64,000 bases of DNA from a candidate division FCPU426 bacterium (GTDB lineage: Bacteria; Oederibacteriota; Muellerivitia; Muellerivitales; Muellerivitaceae), in assembly GCA_963830915.1 (NCBI GenBank), contig CAWHOE010000027.1:62589-126588 (forward strand), in the 5' to 3' direction. The notes under the pieces were generated by a model. That model had not been told where the DNA came from and made no database searches. It saw only the letters and a program-made list of their open reading frames with translations. Positions within the stretch are counted from its first letter, which is position 1. Every line of letters starts with the position of its first letter. The position numbers and the translations under genes were made by a program. This document shows positions 30,341 to 41,728 of this stretch, piece by piece.

Positions 30341-30786
30341 GAGATCGTCAGGGCCAGGAACGCGAACTCCACCATCACCAGACCCAGCACGAAGATGGTG
30401 CCCACGATGAACCAACCCCATCCATCCGTCGGGGGGCCTCCAACCAATGGCTTCTTGGCGGGCCAAACCTGGACGATATCACCCTTGACCGGTTGGAGTT
30501 GATCGGGCCAGACCGGATAAAAACAGTAAACATGGTCAAATTTCTGCTTGCCGATGGCCACGGAGACATCAAAAATTCCACCCAATCGGCAGGCTGTCTT
30601 TATCTTCCCCACATGGTCGGAATATCCCGTTACTTTGGAACTCTGACCGCCCCGGGTCGTGGATAAACAAACGACTGGATAGATCAATAACAATAAAGCT
30701 ACCGCCACGAAGACCAGGGCCAAAAGACCGCCCAATGTTTTCATGAGGATGAGACGAATGACGGATTTCCAATTGGGCCAGGGCAT
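30337..30786 (-). CDS. hypothetical membrane protein (TM - beta-rich domain - TM; DUF3592-like topology)
   Basis: 149-aa ORF with N- and C-terminal hydrophobic helices. Homology not recognised with confidence. Confidence 0.5.
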   Translation of the reverse strand: MPWPNWKSVIRLILMKTLGGLLALVFVAVALLLLIYPVVCLSTTRGGQSSKVTGYSDHVGKIKTACRLGGIFDVSVAIGKQKFDHVYCFYPVWPDQLQPVKGDIVQVWPAKKPLVGGPPTDGWGWFIVGTIFVLGLVMVEFAFLALTIS

Positions 30787-30914
30787 CGAAGGACCTTTGA
30801 TGAGGTAATTTCAAAAACGGACTTTATTCTATATTTCGCCGGACGAATATCCCACTTAAAACAATGAAAAGCAAGTGTTGGCGCTTACCCGCGAGTTATC
30901 TGCAACTTCACAAC

Positions 30915-30952
30915 AAAAAAGAACGGCCCGCCATTAAAGCGAGCCGTTCTTT
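30915..30952 (-). terminator. intrinsic terminator after the 30978-32540 gene
   Basis: aagaacggc(c)cgc...gcg(a)gccgttctt hairpin, flanked by an A-run on the plus strand (a T-run on the minus strand). Confidence 0.6.
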
Positions 30953-30977
30953 TTAAATTATTTATATTCTAGCTAGT

Positions 30978-32540
30978 TTATTGGTAAAGCCAGCTTTTAA
31001 CGTCCAAGACTGGTACTTGAGTGAAATCCGTTCCACCGCCTCCAGTGCCTATTTGAATCCCTACGATACCAACCTGGGTAGGATCAAAGGTCCCATTATA
31101 AACACTGTAACCCGTATAACTGCCTACCGCGGCCGATGAAGCCGGCATAGTCAAAGACAGGGTCACGCATCCTGAGTCGGTAGCCGTACTAATCGCGCTC
31201 CATAAACCCGTTCCATTTTGATAAACACATGCCCAGGGACTGACATTTTCTTGTACAAAAATAGCGCCATAGATCGATTCACCGTCCGAGTTCCAGCCGC
31301 TGCTAACATCCATGATCACTGAGATGGTCTTTCCAGCCATGTTTGTGGCGCTTCCCAAAGTGTTTTGAACAAAAACCGCTTGGTTGATGGCGGTAAAACC
31401 CATAGTAACTTCCATGGCCCCTGTGCTGGCCGAACAAGAGCTATAGGTCGAGCTATAAATAACTTTCACTGCGCCACCGGCCGTGGTACTGCCGGTATTG
31501 TTGGCCCAGCCCGTCATAGAAGCGGCGGAGCTGAATGTAAACCCTTGAGCCGTTCCCGAAGGAGTTGCCGTGATCGTTGGGGTAACGGTTGGTGTTGGGG
31601 CGGCGCTGATGACCACATCATCCACATAAACGTTTCCAGTCGTTCCCGCCGAACTGTAGATCTGAACACCGAATTGGAATACTTTGGTCGGGTCGCCACT
31701 CGGGGATGCGGGCCAAATGAAAGTAACCGGGGTCCAAGTCCCGCCGGCTGTTACATTGTTCCAAACAGCATCCCAGGAACCCGTCGGGGTACTATGGGTT
31801 TGGATGAAAACCTGTGCGGCGGCGCTGGTGGCCAAGGCTGGGTCCACATATACCCACATGGTCAACATTTGTCCGGTCATATCCACATCGCTGGGAAGGG
31901 TGATCTCTAACTGGCATTTATTCTGACCGGTAGGATAGGTCACATTGGCTTGCAAGCTTCCCGAACCGGTGTGAGCTAAGGTGGTAACCTGGCTAAACGT
32001 ATTGGGAATCGTATTTCCAGCCGAGGAATCCACATGCCAGCATTGGGCATCCGTCTCAAAAGTGTAAGTTGGCTGATACACGGCTACACAGGTCGTAGCC
32101 GTCGGACTGGGAGTTGGAGTAGCCGTTAACGCAGAAGTATTGGTAACGGTCGGCGAATTGGTCGGCGTACCGCTGAAGGTAGGCGTGTCGGTGGTTGAGG
32201 GTGTATCCGTGGTCGTGGCGGTCAAAGTAATGGTCGCGGTACTGGTCGGCGTTCCCGTATCCGTTAAGGTGGCCGAATTGGTAGGGGTGCTGGTAGGACC
32301 AGGCACGGTGGGTGTATTCGTCACGGTCGGTGTAAAGGAAGTGGTGGGAGTGAACGTTTTAGTGAAAGTGTTGGTTGGCACACTGGTGTTGGTATTGGTG
32401 GAGGTAATAGTCGGGGTGTTGGGAATAGGTGTAGCCGTAGGCGCGGGGAGCGGTTGGGCCGGCGTGACCATCTGTCTGGTACAGGAGATCGAGACTCCCA
32501 GAGTGATAATTAAAAGAGCCAGGATGGAATAGCGATTCAT
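30978..32540 (-). CDS. lipoprotein with a long Thr/Pro-rich linker and two CBM-like beta-sandwich domains
   Basis: MNRYSILALLIITLGVSISC lipobox; ~130 aa of TPT/PTxT repeats; two related domains (..W......G......T.....G.GSL / ..GW.N..GSTTAGGAVKV). Confidence 0.7.
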   Translation of the reverse strand: MNRYSILALLIITLGVSISCTRQMVTPAQPLPAPTATPIPNTPTITSTNTNTSVPTNTFTKTFTPTTSFTPTVTNTPTVPGPTSTPTNSATLTDTGTPTSTATITLTATTTDTPSTTDTPTFSGTPTNSPTVTNTSALTATPTPSPTATTCVAVYQPTYTFETDAQCWHVDSSAGNTIPNTFSQVTTLAHTGSGSLQANVTYPTGQNKCQLEITLPSDVDMTGQMLTMWVYVDPALATSAAAQVFIQTHSTPTGSWDAVWNNVTAGGTWTPVTFIWPASPSGDPTKVFQFGVQIYSSAGTTGNVYVDDVVISAAPTPTVTPTITATPSGTAQGFTFSSAASMTGWANNTGSTTAGGAVKVIYSSTYSSCSASTGAMEVTMGFTAINQAVFVQNTLGSATNMAGKTISVIMDVSSGWNSDGESIYGAIFVQENVSPWACVYQNGTGLWSAISTATDSGCVTLSLTMPASSAAVGSYTGYSVYNGTFDPTQVGIVGIQIGTGGGGTDFTQVPVLDVKSWLYQ

Positions 32541-32695
32541 AAGGTTCTTCCTTTCGTATTAATGGGCCAACGCCTGGATAAAACGCTTTAGCCTTGATAT
32601 TCAACGATAGAATTATAGGTTCAAACCTTGGGATTGATAAAAAAATTATACCACTTAGGGGTTTTTTGGAGGAAAAGTGGCCTTTTGTCGGGAAT

Positions 32696-33262
32696 TTACA
32701 TCATTCCCAATTGAAGCCTGGCGGCTTCGGTCATCAGGCTCTGGTTCCAGGGGGGCTCGAAGGTGACCTCGACGAATGACTCTTTAACGCCTGGAATACG
32801 ACTTAATTTCTGTTCGATCTCAGCTTTCAACACCGTGGACATCCCGCAGCCAGGGGCGGTCAGGGTCATGACGATATCTACCTTTTTGCCACCCTCCGGA
32901 TGTTCCTTTAGGACGCAACCGTAGATCAAACCCAACTCGACGATGTTCACGGGGATCTCAGGGTCATAGCAGGTCTTCAGGGTATCCCAGACGCTCTTCT
33001 CCACATCCTGGTCGCTGACCTTGCCCTCGTCCCCGTAACTGATCTTGAATACCTTGGCCTCGGCCGGCACTTCCTTGCCCAGGGCGTCCGCGTCCTTGCC
33101 CTCGATGCGCACCAGCTGGCCGTTGTCCCTCTGAAGCGTGAAACTGCCACCCAATGTCTGGGTCAGATAGACCTTCTCATCCTTGAAGACGACCGTCTCG
33201 GTCCCGTAAGGGATGGTGATGGCCTTGCACTCCCGGGAGATAGTGAGCAGTTCTTGTTTCAT
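32696..33262 (-). CDS. sufT: Fe-S cluster assembly protein SufT (DUF59-containing)
   Basis: C-terminal WDTLKTCYDPEIPVNIVELGLIY...TLTAPGCGM is the DUF59/MIP18 signature. Last gene of the suf operon. Confidence 0.75.
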   Translation of the reverse strand: MKQELLTISRECKAITIPYGTETVVFKDEKVYLTQTLGGSFTLQRDNGQLVRIEGKDADALGKEVPAEAKVFKISYGDEGKVSDQDVEKSVWDTLKTCYDPEIPVNIVELGLIYGCVLKEHPEGGKKVDIVMTLTAPGCGMSTVLKAEIEQKLSRIPGVKESFVEVTFEPPWNQSLMTEAARLQLGMM

Positions 33263-33729
33263 GCGTCTGGTCCTTCCCCGTCATCGGTCGAGACCACATC
33301 CTTTTGGTCATGGAGCGCGGCTTCCAAGGTATGCCAGGCTAGGCTGGCGCATTTGACCCGAGCCGGATAATCCCTCACTCCGGCGAAAACTTTCAGTTTG
33401 CCCAACTCAGCCGCCGGACCTTCCTTCCCCGTCACCAGGTCGTGGAACTCATGGAATATCCGTTCGGCGTCCTGGGTCTTCTTCCCTTTCAGCGCCACCG
33501 TCATCATGGAAGCGGAGGCCTTGGAGATGGCGCATCCCGAACCCTTGAACTTGATGTCCTCAATGACACTGTCCGTCCCGACCTTCAAGGAGAGTGTTAT
33601 CTTATCCCCGCACAGTGGATTGAACCCGTCCGCGTGATGGTTGGCCCCTTCCATTTCCCCGAAGTTGTGGGGATGCTTTTGGTGGTCCAGGATGACTTCC
33701 TGGTATAGGTCCCTAAGATCGGACATCAA
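33259..33729 (-). CDS. sufU: SufU/IscU-like Fe-S scaffold / sulfur acceptor
   Basis: LYQEVILDH.K.P.N.G......H...G.NP.CGD...L......I.DI.F.G.GCAIS.AS.SMM is the SufU/NifU-N signature. Confidence 0.85.
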   Translation of the reverse strand: MMSDLRDLYQEVILDHQKHPHNFGEMEGANHHADGFNPLCGDKITLSLKVGTDSVIEDIKFKGSGCAISKASASMMTVALKGKKTQDAERIFHEFHDLVTGKEGPAAELGKLKVFAGVRDYPARVKCASLAWHTLEAALHDQKDVVSTDDGEGPDA

Positions 33730-33769
33730 AGACTCCCTTGTTCATTTTCAATATCGTTGACCGATTCCC

Positions 33770-35032
33770 TCACGCGAACATCTCGATGACTTTCTTGACT
33801 GCCTTGGCCAATGCGTCTATCTCCGACCTGGTGTTATAAAGGGCCAGGGACGCTCGGGCGGTCGCCGGTATGCCGTAGCGTTCCATGACCGGCTGGGCGC
33901 AATGGTGTCCCGCCCGGATAGCCACTCCCTGGCGGTCCAGAATGGTGCCGATGTCATGGGGGTGTATCTCTCCCAGCGTGAATGACAGGACGCCCGCCTT
34001 GTGCGGGGCCGTCCCGACCAACTTCAACCCAGGGATCTCCTGGAGTTTTTTCGTCCCGTAATTCAAAAGGTCCTGCTCATGGACCGCGATATTGCCTAGC
34101 CCGATGGCGGTGACAAAATCCAAGGCCGCGCCCAGGCCTATCACCCCAGCGATGTTGGGCGTTCCCGCCTCGAACCGGTAAGGGGGTTTCTTGAAAAGGG
34201 TCTTCTCGAATGTAACCGATGAGATCATGTCACCCCCGCCCTGGTAAGGCGGCATGGCTTCCAAAAGGGCGTATTTCCCGTAAAGGATCCCTACCCCGGT
34301 GGGGCCGTAGAGTTTATGGCCCGAAAGCGCGTAGAAATCGCAGTCCAGGTCCCGAACATCCAAGCTCATATGGGAAACTGCCTGGGCGCCATCCACCAGC
34401 ACTTTCACGCCCCTCTCATGGGCGAATTTCACGATCTCTTTGATGGGGTTGACCGTTCCCAGCGCGTTGGAAACATGGGTCAAGGCCAACAATTTTGTCT
34501 TGGGGGAAAATAAACGGAAGAGCTCTTCCATCACCAATTCACCCTCGTCAGTAATGGGGGCCACTTTGACATGGGCCTTCTTTTCGTCGCAGATCAACTG
34601 CCAGGGCACGATATTCGAATGGTGTTCCATCTGGGTCAGGATGACCTCGTCGTCCTGGGCCAGGTTCTTCCTGCCCCAGCTTTGCGCCACCAGGTTGATG
34701 CCGTCGGTGGTCCCCTTGGTGAAGATGATCTCCTTCGGATCAGCGGCGTTCAAGAATTTCGCCGCTTTCTCCCGGACGCCCTCATAGGCCGCCGTGGCCT
34801 TCTCGCTCAAGAGGTGGAGGCCCCGGTGGATATTGGAGTTGTATCCTTCGTAATAACGCTCCAGGGTCTGGATCACGGCTTTGGGTTTTTGCGTGGTCGC
34901 GGCGTTGTCCAGATAGACCAGGGTCTTCCCATGGACCTTCTGTTTGAGGATGGGAAATTCCTTGCGGAGCTTATCCACGTTGAAAGTTGGGTTCTCGGAA
35001 ATCCTCTTTTTCATTTTTTTCTTGGTTTTCAT
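33770..35032 (-). CDS. sufS: cysteine desulfurase SufS
   Basis: YLDNAATTQKP, SGHKLYGPTGVGILYGK (PLP lysine), RAGHHCAQP (group II active-site loop). Confidence 0.9.
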   Translation of the reverse strand: MKTKKKMKKRISENPTFNVDKLRKEFPILKQKVHGKTLVYLDNAATTQKPKAVIQTLERYYEGYNSNIHRGLHLLSEKATAAYEGVREKAAKFLNAADPKEIIFTKGTTDGINLVAQSWGRKNLAQDDEVILTQMEHHSNIVPWQLICDEKKAHVKVAPITDEGELVMEELFRLFSPKTKLLALTHVSNALGTVNPIKEIVKFAHERGVKVLVDGAQAVSHMSLDVRDLDCDFYALSGHKLYGPTGVGILYGKYALLEAMPPYQGGGDMISSVTFEKTLFKKPPYRFEAGTPNIAGVIGLGAALDFVTAIGLGNIAVHEQDLLNYGTKKLQEIPGLKLVGTAPHKAGVLSFTLGEIHPHDIGTILDRQGVAIRAGHHCAQPVMERYGIPATARASLALYNTRSEIDALAKAVKKVIEMFA

Positions 35033-36337
35033 AGGGCCTCGCCTTCCCAGCCCATGGCTTGATTCACCAGTTTATGGACCGGAGCCTTCAGGCCGTTCTC
35101 GCCCACCCTTTGCACCATCTCGCCCGCGAAGGCGTAGACCAGGGTCTTCCTCGCCTCTTCCTTGCCGATCCCCCGGGACCGAAGGTAGAAGAGCAGCTTC
35201 CTCATCCAACTGGCCGGTCGCCGAACCGTGGGAGCACTTCACGTCATCCGCGTATATCTGGAGCTGGGGTTTGGAGTAGACCAGGGCTTTCTTGGATAGA
35301 AGCAGGTTCTTATTGGATTGTTTGGCGTCGGTCTTCTGGGCGTTCTCCCGTACCAGGACCCGTCCGTCGAAGATGGAAACGGCTTCATGGTCCAGCACGC
35401 TCTTGAACACTTGCTCGCTCTTGCATCCTGGGACCGCGTGGTCCACGAAGGTACGGATATCCATGTGCTGGTGGTCCTTAGCGACCGTCAAACCCTCCAA
35501 AAGGCACTCAGCGTTGTGTCCCGCCAGGCAGGTTTCCACTTCGCTTCGTCCCAAGGTCCCACCCAGGGCGAAAAGCCGGGAGGTTAATTTACTTCCCTCT
35601 TCCTGTCGAACCGAAAGAGTTCCGAAGTGATAGGCCAAATCGGTTTCTTGTTGGATCTTCGTGTGCGTCAATGAGGAGCCGCGGGATAGAACAGCCTCGG
35701 TGACGGCCCCCGTAAAATAGGATTGGGTATTTTCACCCAGATAATGCTCGATGACGTTCGCCGAACTGTCTTGATCCAACAAAAGCAGGTTTCGGACATG
35801 GGTTTGACATTTGTGGGTGCCATCGGTCGTGACATAGACAATGTGGATGGGCCTGGGAAGGATCTTTCCTTCCGGAACCTTTAAAAATAAACCATCGGTG
35901 AAATAAGCCGTATTCAACGCCGCGAATGGGCGATTCTCCTCATGAAGGACTTTTCCAAAGCCACTGCCGATCGAGGCGTCATCCGCCTCTAAAATGGTTT
36001 TCATGACGGTCTTATCCGGCAATTCACCGATCTTGGATAGCTTCCTGACCATGAACCCGTTCACAAACACAATGACATCGGAATGTTCCACGTCAAAATC
36101 GAGGGATCTCAAACGGTCTAATACATCGACCGAGGGCTTCTCCACCCGACCCCAACAAAAATAATGCTTCATCAGCGAGTCCAGCGAAGTGTGTCGCCAA
36201 AACTCGGACTTGGTGGTCGGGAACCCGATCTTGGAAAAACGCTGCCACGATTTATCCCGCGCCTCTTTTATCCACGAAGCGGTCCCAAACTGTACCGCGT
36301 CTTCGAAAGGAAAATTTTCTAGTTTCATTGTGTCCAT
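35029..36337 (-). CDS. sufD: Fe-S cluster assembly protein SufD (one frameshift near 35195)
   Basis: SufD body lies in ORF 35072-36376 (...KPQLQIYADDVKCSHGSATGQLDEE). The expected C-terminus LFYLRSRGIGKEEARKTLVYAFAGEMV...GWEGEAL* is read in the +1 frame and ends in ATGA overlapping the sufS start. Confidence 0.8.
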
Positions 36338-36342
36338 ATCGG

Positions 36343-37101
36343 TCACGCTTTTACCTTCGCTGGATCGGTCAGCCACTCGTAGCCCTTCTCTTCCAGCTCC
36401 AGGGCCAGTTCCTTCCCGCCAGACTTGATAATGCGTCCTCCCGCCAGTACATGGATCTTGTCCGGCACGATGTAATCCAGCAGCCGCTGGTAATGGGTCA
36501 CCAACAGGACGGAACGCTTGGGACTCCGCAGGGAATTCACCCCGTCGGCCACCACTTTCAGGGCGTCGATATCCAGCCCCGAGTCCGTCTCGTCCAGGAT
36601 GGCTAGCTTGGGTTCCAACACAGCCATCTGGAGCACCTCGTTCTTCTTCTTTTCCCCGCCCGAAAAGCCCTCGTTGACCGACCGTTGCAGCATGGACTCG
36701 TCCATCTTGAGGGGCTTGAGCTTTTCCTTCACCAATTCAAGGAAATCCATGGCGTCCAGCTCTTCCTCACCCCTGGCCTTGCGCAGGGCGTTCAGCGCGG
36801 CTTTCAGAAAATAGGTATTGTTCACCCCCGGTATCTCCACCGGATATTGGAATGCCAAAAAGACCCCGGCCCTCGCCCGGTCCTCCGGGGAAAGGGACAA
36901 CAGGTCCTTGCCGTTGAACAGCACTTCCCCTCCCGTCACCTCATAACCCTCTCTGCCCGCCAGGATATGGGCCAGAGTGCTCTTTCCCGAGCCATTGGGC
37001 CCCATGATGGCGTGAACTTCACCGTCCCCCACGGTCAGGTTGATACCGTTCAAGATGGTCTTTTCCTCGACCCTGGCTTTTAGATCCTTGATGACTAACA
37101 T
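36343..37101 (-). CDS. sufC: Fe-S cluster assembly ATPase SufC
   Basis: GPNGSGKSTL (Walker A), LSGGEKKKNEVLQM (ABC signature), LAILDETDSGLD (Walker B). GGAGA RBS before ATG 37101. Confidence 0.9.
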   Translation of the reverse strand: MLVIKDLKARVEEKTILNGINLTVGDGEVHAIMGPNGSGKSTLAHILAGREGYEVTGGEVLFNGKDLLSLSPEDRARAGVFLAFQYPVEIPGVNNTYFLKAALNALRKARGEEELDAMDFLELVKEKLKPLKMDESMLQRSVNEGFSGGEKKKNEVLQMAVLEPKLAILDETDSGLDIDALKVVADGVNSLRSPKRSVLLVTHYQRLLDYIVPDKIHVLAGGRIIKSGGKELALELEEKGYEWLTDPAKVKA

Positions 37102-37138
37102 TGGTTTCTCCATATTCAAGTTACTAGATTGATGATCC

Positions 37139-38598
<1,460 letters not shown>

Positions 38599-38602
<4 letters not shown>

Positions 38603-39117
38603 TTGGGCTGCGCCTGCGTTGTGCTTTCGACCAAGCCCATCGGCTTGGAGGCGGGGCCGACCGCCGTGACCTGGCGGTTGAGCCACTTTTCCATCTCCGG
38701 CTCTGGCAGGACCAGGTCGGTCAGCTTGCATTTGCGAAGATAGCCGGACATGGCCAGGTCCAGTCCCATCCAAAGGGAGCGGATGGCGCAATCCATGGAA
38801 TGAATGCAGGATTTATGCTCCGCCGTGGGTGTCTCACAAAGCTCCTCTTGCTTGAAGAACTTACCGCCCAAGGCTTCCATCACGTCATTGACCGAAATTT
38901 CCTCAGGGGGCTTGGAAAGCTGGTAGCCGCCACTTTGACCCCGTAGGCTCTGGATCAAACCGCTTCGGCGAAGGATGGCCATGATCTTGGCCACATAGGC
39001 CGGGGTCAGGCCTTCCTTTTGGGACAGTTCAACGATGGTGGTATTGCCCTTGTGGCCCTTCTTGGCCATTTGGAGCATGCATCTGAGTCCGTATTCTTCG
39101 GTCGATGAAAACTTCAT
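38599..39117 (-). CDS. Rrf2-family transcriptional regulator (IscR/SufR-like) heading the suf operon
   Basis: [19 protein letters not shown]...[38 protein letters not shown] is the Rrf2 wHTH. Cys residues (C..C......C) could ligate a cluster. Confidence 0.85.
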
Positions 39118-39128
39118 ACTTTTACCTC

Positions 39129-39194
39129 TTGCAGACTGCGAAAAATTAAATGGGCTACAAAGCAGTCTGCAACCCCAAAGATTCTGCAAGAATC
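39129..39194. promoter_or_regulatory. candidate Rrf2 operator: three TTGCAGA/TCTGCAA half-sites
   Basis: ttgcagactgc (39129-39139) and gcagtctgcaa (39162-39172) form an 11-bp inverted repeat. gattctgcaagaatc (39180-39194) is a third palindromic copy. All lie within 80 nt upstream of the rrf2 start. Confidence 0.35.
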
Positions 39195-39314
39195 GTGGGG
39201 TTACCATGAATGTAGCTAATCTATGAATAGAATGTCGTCAATCTGTACGAAAAAGTCAAGTATAGGCAGAAGTCTTATTAAATCAAGCTTTTTGGGGAAA
39301 TTTACGTTGTATGA

Positions 39315-39497
39315 CTACGGTGTATGACTGTGGAAGGAATCAGCGATGTTTTGTAGAACCGGCCTGACATTGATCACGATCACATCCCAGACCAATTTGG
39401 CTAAAAAGGTCACTTCGTGGGGGTAACAATAAGCCACAACCATTAACAGGGCTATGATGATGGCAAAAATTCCTTTTGTACTGCCTTCTTTATACAT
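39315..39497 (-). CDS. possible small membrane protein
   Basis: 60-aa ORF with one hydrophobic helix. ATG overlaps the gntK stop by 8 nt. No homology recognised. Confidence 0.25.
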   Translation of the reverse strand: MYKEGSTKGIFAIIIALLMVVAYCYPHEVTFLAKLVWDVIVINVRPVLQNIADSFHSHTP

Positions 39498-39993
39498 CTT
39501 TAACCCACCCCGGTAATGCCTTCAAGATCCGACGGACTATTATATCGATATTGGACGTTACATCGACCACTAAAGCGGCGTTTGGTTCCTGCAGGTCTCG
39601 AAATTGACTATCCAAAAGAAGTGGGTCAAAAAAATGACCATTCCGTTTCTTTAGCCTCTCTCTTATCCGTGTCTTACTTCCCTTTAAATGGATGAACCTC
39701 ACATCGCCTCCACCCTTCAACACTTTCCGGTATTTCGCTTTCAAGGCTGAACAGGCCAGGACCGTCAGGGGCGAACTTTTTTCCCATTGTCTAATGAACT
39801 CCGACAATTTCTTAAGCCAGGGTGCCCTATCCCGATCGGTCAGGGGTTTTCTCTTCGCCATCTTTTTCAGGTTGGTATTGGGATGGTAGTCATCCCCATC
39901 ATGGAAGGGACAACCCAACGCCTTGGCCAGACGCCGTCCCACAGTGGTCTTGCCGCTCCCTGCCACCCCCATCAGGACGATCACCATGACCAC
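39490..39993 (-). CDS. gntK: gluconokinase (GntK/IdnK family)
   Basis: LMGVAGSGKTTVG...F.DGDDYHP..N..KM....PL.D.DR.PWL..L...........ACSALK..YR..L.......F..L.G......RL..R.GHFF...LL.SQF..L.EP closely parallels E. coli GntK. Confidence 0.85.
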   Translation of the reverse strand: MVMVIVLMGVAGSGKTTVGRRLAKALGCPFHDGDDYHPNTNLKKMAKRKPLTDRDRAPWLKKLSEFIRQWEKSSPLTVLACSALKAKYRKVLKGGGDVRFIHLKGSKTRIRERLKKRNGHFFDPLLLDSQFRDLQEPNAALVVDVTSNIDIIVRRILKALPGWVKDV

Positions 39994-39994
39994 C

Positions 39995-40750
39995 TCAAAT
40001 CGGGACCACTTTCAAATAGTAATCCAGGGTCCGCAGTTTTTTCTCGATGGTCCTCTCCAAATATTCCAGCAGGGTCAGAAGGATGCTCCGCAAGGGGGCT
40101 GGTTTGATCTTGAGGATCTTCACCCGGTCCATCGGCAGATTCCTGAGTTTTTTCAAAAGTTCCAGGGTCAAAGGAGTGGCCTTCAAGGCCGAAGGGCCGG
40201 AGGGACAGCAATCCCCGCACAAAGCCCCTCCCCGGTGGGGGATGAGCAGGACGCTGACCCGGTCCAGGGGTTTCTGGCATTCGGCGCAAGCGGTAAGCTC
40301 CAAGGGGTAGCCGGAGAGCTCGAGGAACCTCAGGCAAAAAGCGCAGAGCACCTGTTCCCTTGCCTCCGACCCTTTCCAAACTTCCAGGGTCTCCTTTATC
40401 AAGGCATAGAGTTCCCGGTTCGGTTCATGGTCGTGCAGGGATTGGATCAGGATATCGGAAAGAAGTTGGAGGATGCTGATGGAACCCAGGTCCTCCTTCA
40501 AGGCGTGATGGTCGTGAAGGACCTTGGCCTGGCTGAGTACATACAGGTCCCCGCCCGGCCTTTTGTTCAGGCCGAAGGTTGACTCAGTGAAAAGTTCCAT
40601 CGAGGAGGAAAGTTTGCTCTTGGGTTTACGGGCGCCCTTGGCGATGGCCCGGACCTTGCCGGCTTGAAGGGTATAGACCTGGCAGATGCGGTCGGCCTCG
40701 CCGTAAGCGAGGGTACTGAGGATGAAACCGCGGACAGGCAGGTAGGCCAA
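39995..40750 (-). CDS. recO: DNA repair protein RecO
   Basis: N-terminal OB-fold region (GFILSTLAYGEADRI..VYT...GKVRAIAKGARK) and C-terminal zinc motif C.EC...........GGALCGDC. Confidence 0.85.
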   Translation of the reverse strand: MAYLPVRGFILSTLAYGEADRICQVYTLQAGKVRAIAKGARKPKSKLSSSMELFTESTFGLNKRPGGDLYVLSQAKVLHDHHALKEDLGSISILQLLSDILIQSLHDHEPNRELYALIKETLEVWKGSEAREQVLCAFCLRFLELSGYPLELTACAECQKPLDRVSVLLIPHRGGALCGDCCPSGPSALKATPLTLELLKKLRNLPMDRVKILKIKPAPLRSILLTLLEYLERTIEKKLRTLDYYLKVVPI

Positions 40751-40753
40751 AGC

Positions 40754-41680
40754 TCAGGCTTCCGACTCGTCAATGAAGGTGACGGTCAGGCCGGGGATAT
40801 AGACCCCCACCACGATTCCCACGACCATTGCCACGAAAAAATCCAGCAGGGAGAACAGGATGCCGATCAGGGGGATCATGCTGAAAAGCCCCAGGACCAT
40901 GCGGACCGCCATGAAGGCTATGACGTACAGGACCAGGATCAATACCGTTCCCTTCATGATCCTCCACCGGTTCTTCCGGCAAAGGTCGTAAGCTTCCCGA
41001 AGGGACTCCCGGGCCGTCGACCCCTGGGATACCTGGGCCCTGGCCACCAGAGCGTAGACCGAAAAGAGGACCATGGCCACGACGAACAGGAAGACTAGGG
41101 GAAGGCCGATGAGGACCGAACATAGGATGACCGCGATGGTATTGAAATGGATGAGCGCCAAAGCCCCCACCACCAGCCCGGCGATCACGCCGAACACCAG
41201 GAATATGGCCGCTCCCAGCAACGAAAGCCAGCAATAAAGCCATATCATCGGCATCATGTACTGGAAGCCGTCCTTGAAGAATTGTTTCAGATTGAAGGCC
41301 TTTTCATCCCGTATCCATCTCCAGAAGCTGGAGTAAAGTCCGCTCTCGAAGACCGCCATGAGCATCAGCCACCAGGTGATCAAAAGGAAGATCAGCCCCA
41401 CCACGATGCTCAGCCAGACCGGGTCGCTGAAACGGGCCACATAATCCGAGCCAAATTGGGACCAATCGGCGTCCTGCAGGTTCTTCATGTTGTCCATGAT
41501 GAAGCTGGCGTACTTGGCGATGAGGGGCCCAAAGATGATGAGCAATACGATGATGATGGAGGCGTAAATAATGATGATGAGCCCGAATTGAACCAAGAAA
41601 AGGGGCCAAAGCTTCACGGTCCTGTCCCATGCTTGTTTAAAGACATCCATCAGGGACGGCAGTGTTTTTTCGGCTTTCAT
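40754..41680 (-). CDS. polytopic membrane protein of unknown function
   Basis: 308-aa ORF with ~6-7 hydrophobic helices. No motif recognised. Confidence 0.6.
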   Translation of the reverse strand: MKAEKTLPSLMDVFKQAWDRTVKLWPLFLVQFGLIIIIYASIIIVLLIIFGPLIAKYASFIMDNMKNLQDADWSQFGSDYVARFSDPVWLSIVVGLIFLLITWWLMLMAVFESGLYSSFWRWIRDEKAFNLKQFFKDGFQYMMPMIWLYCWLSLLGAAIFLVFGVIAGLVVGALALIHFNTIAVILCSVLIGLPLVFLFVVAMVLFSVYALVARAQVSQGSTARESLREAYDLCRKNRWRIMKGTVLILVLYVIAFMAVRMVLGLFSMIPLIGILFSLLDFFVAMVVGIVVGVYIPGLTVTFIDESEA

Positions 41681-41728
41681 ATTGGCCTTTGGAGACGGTT
41701 TATCTATCGCAAACTATCAAATTAATCA

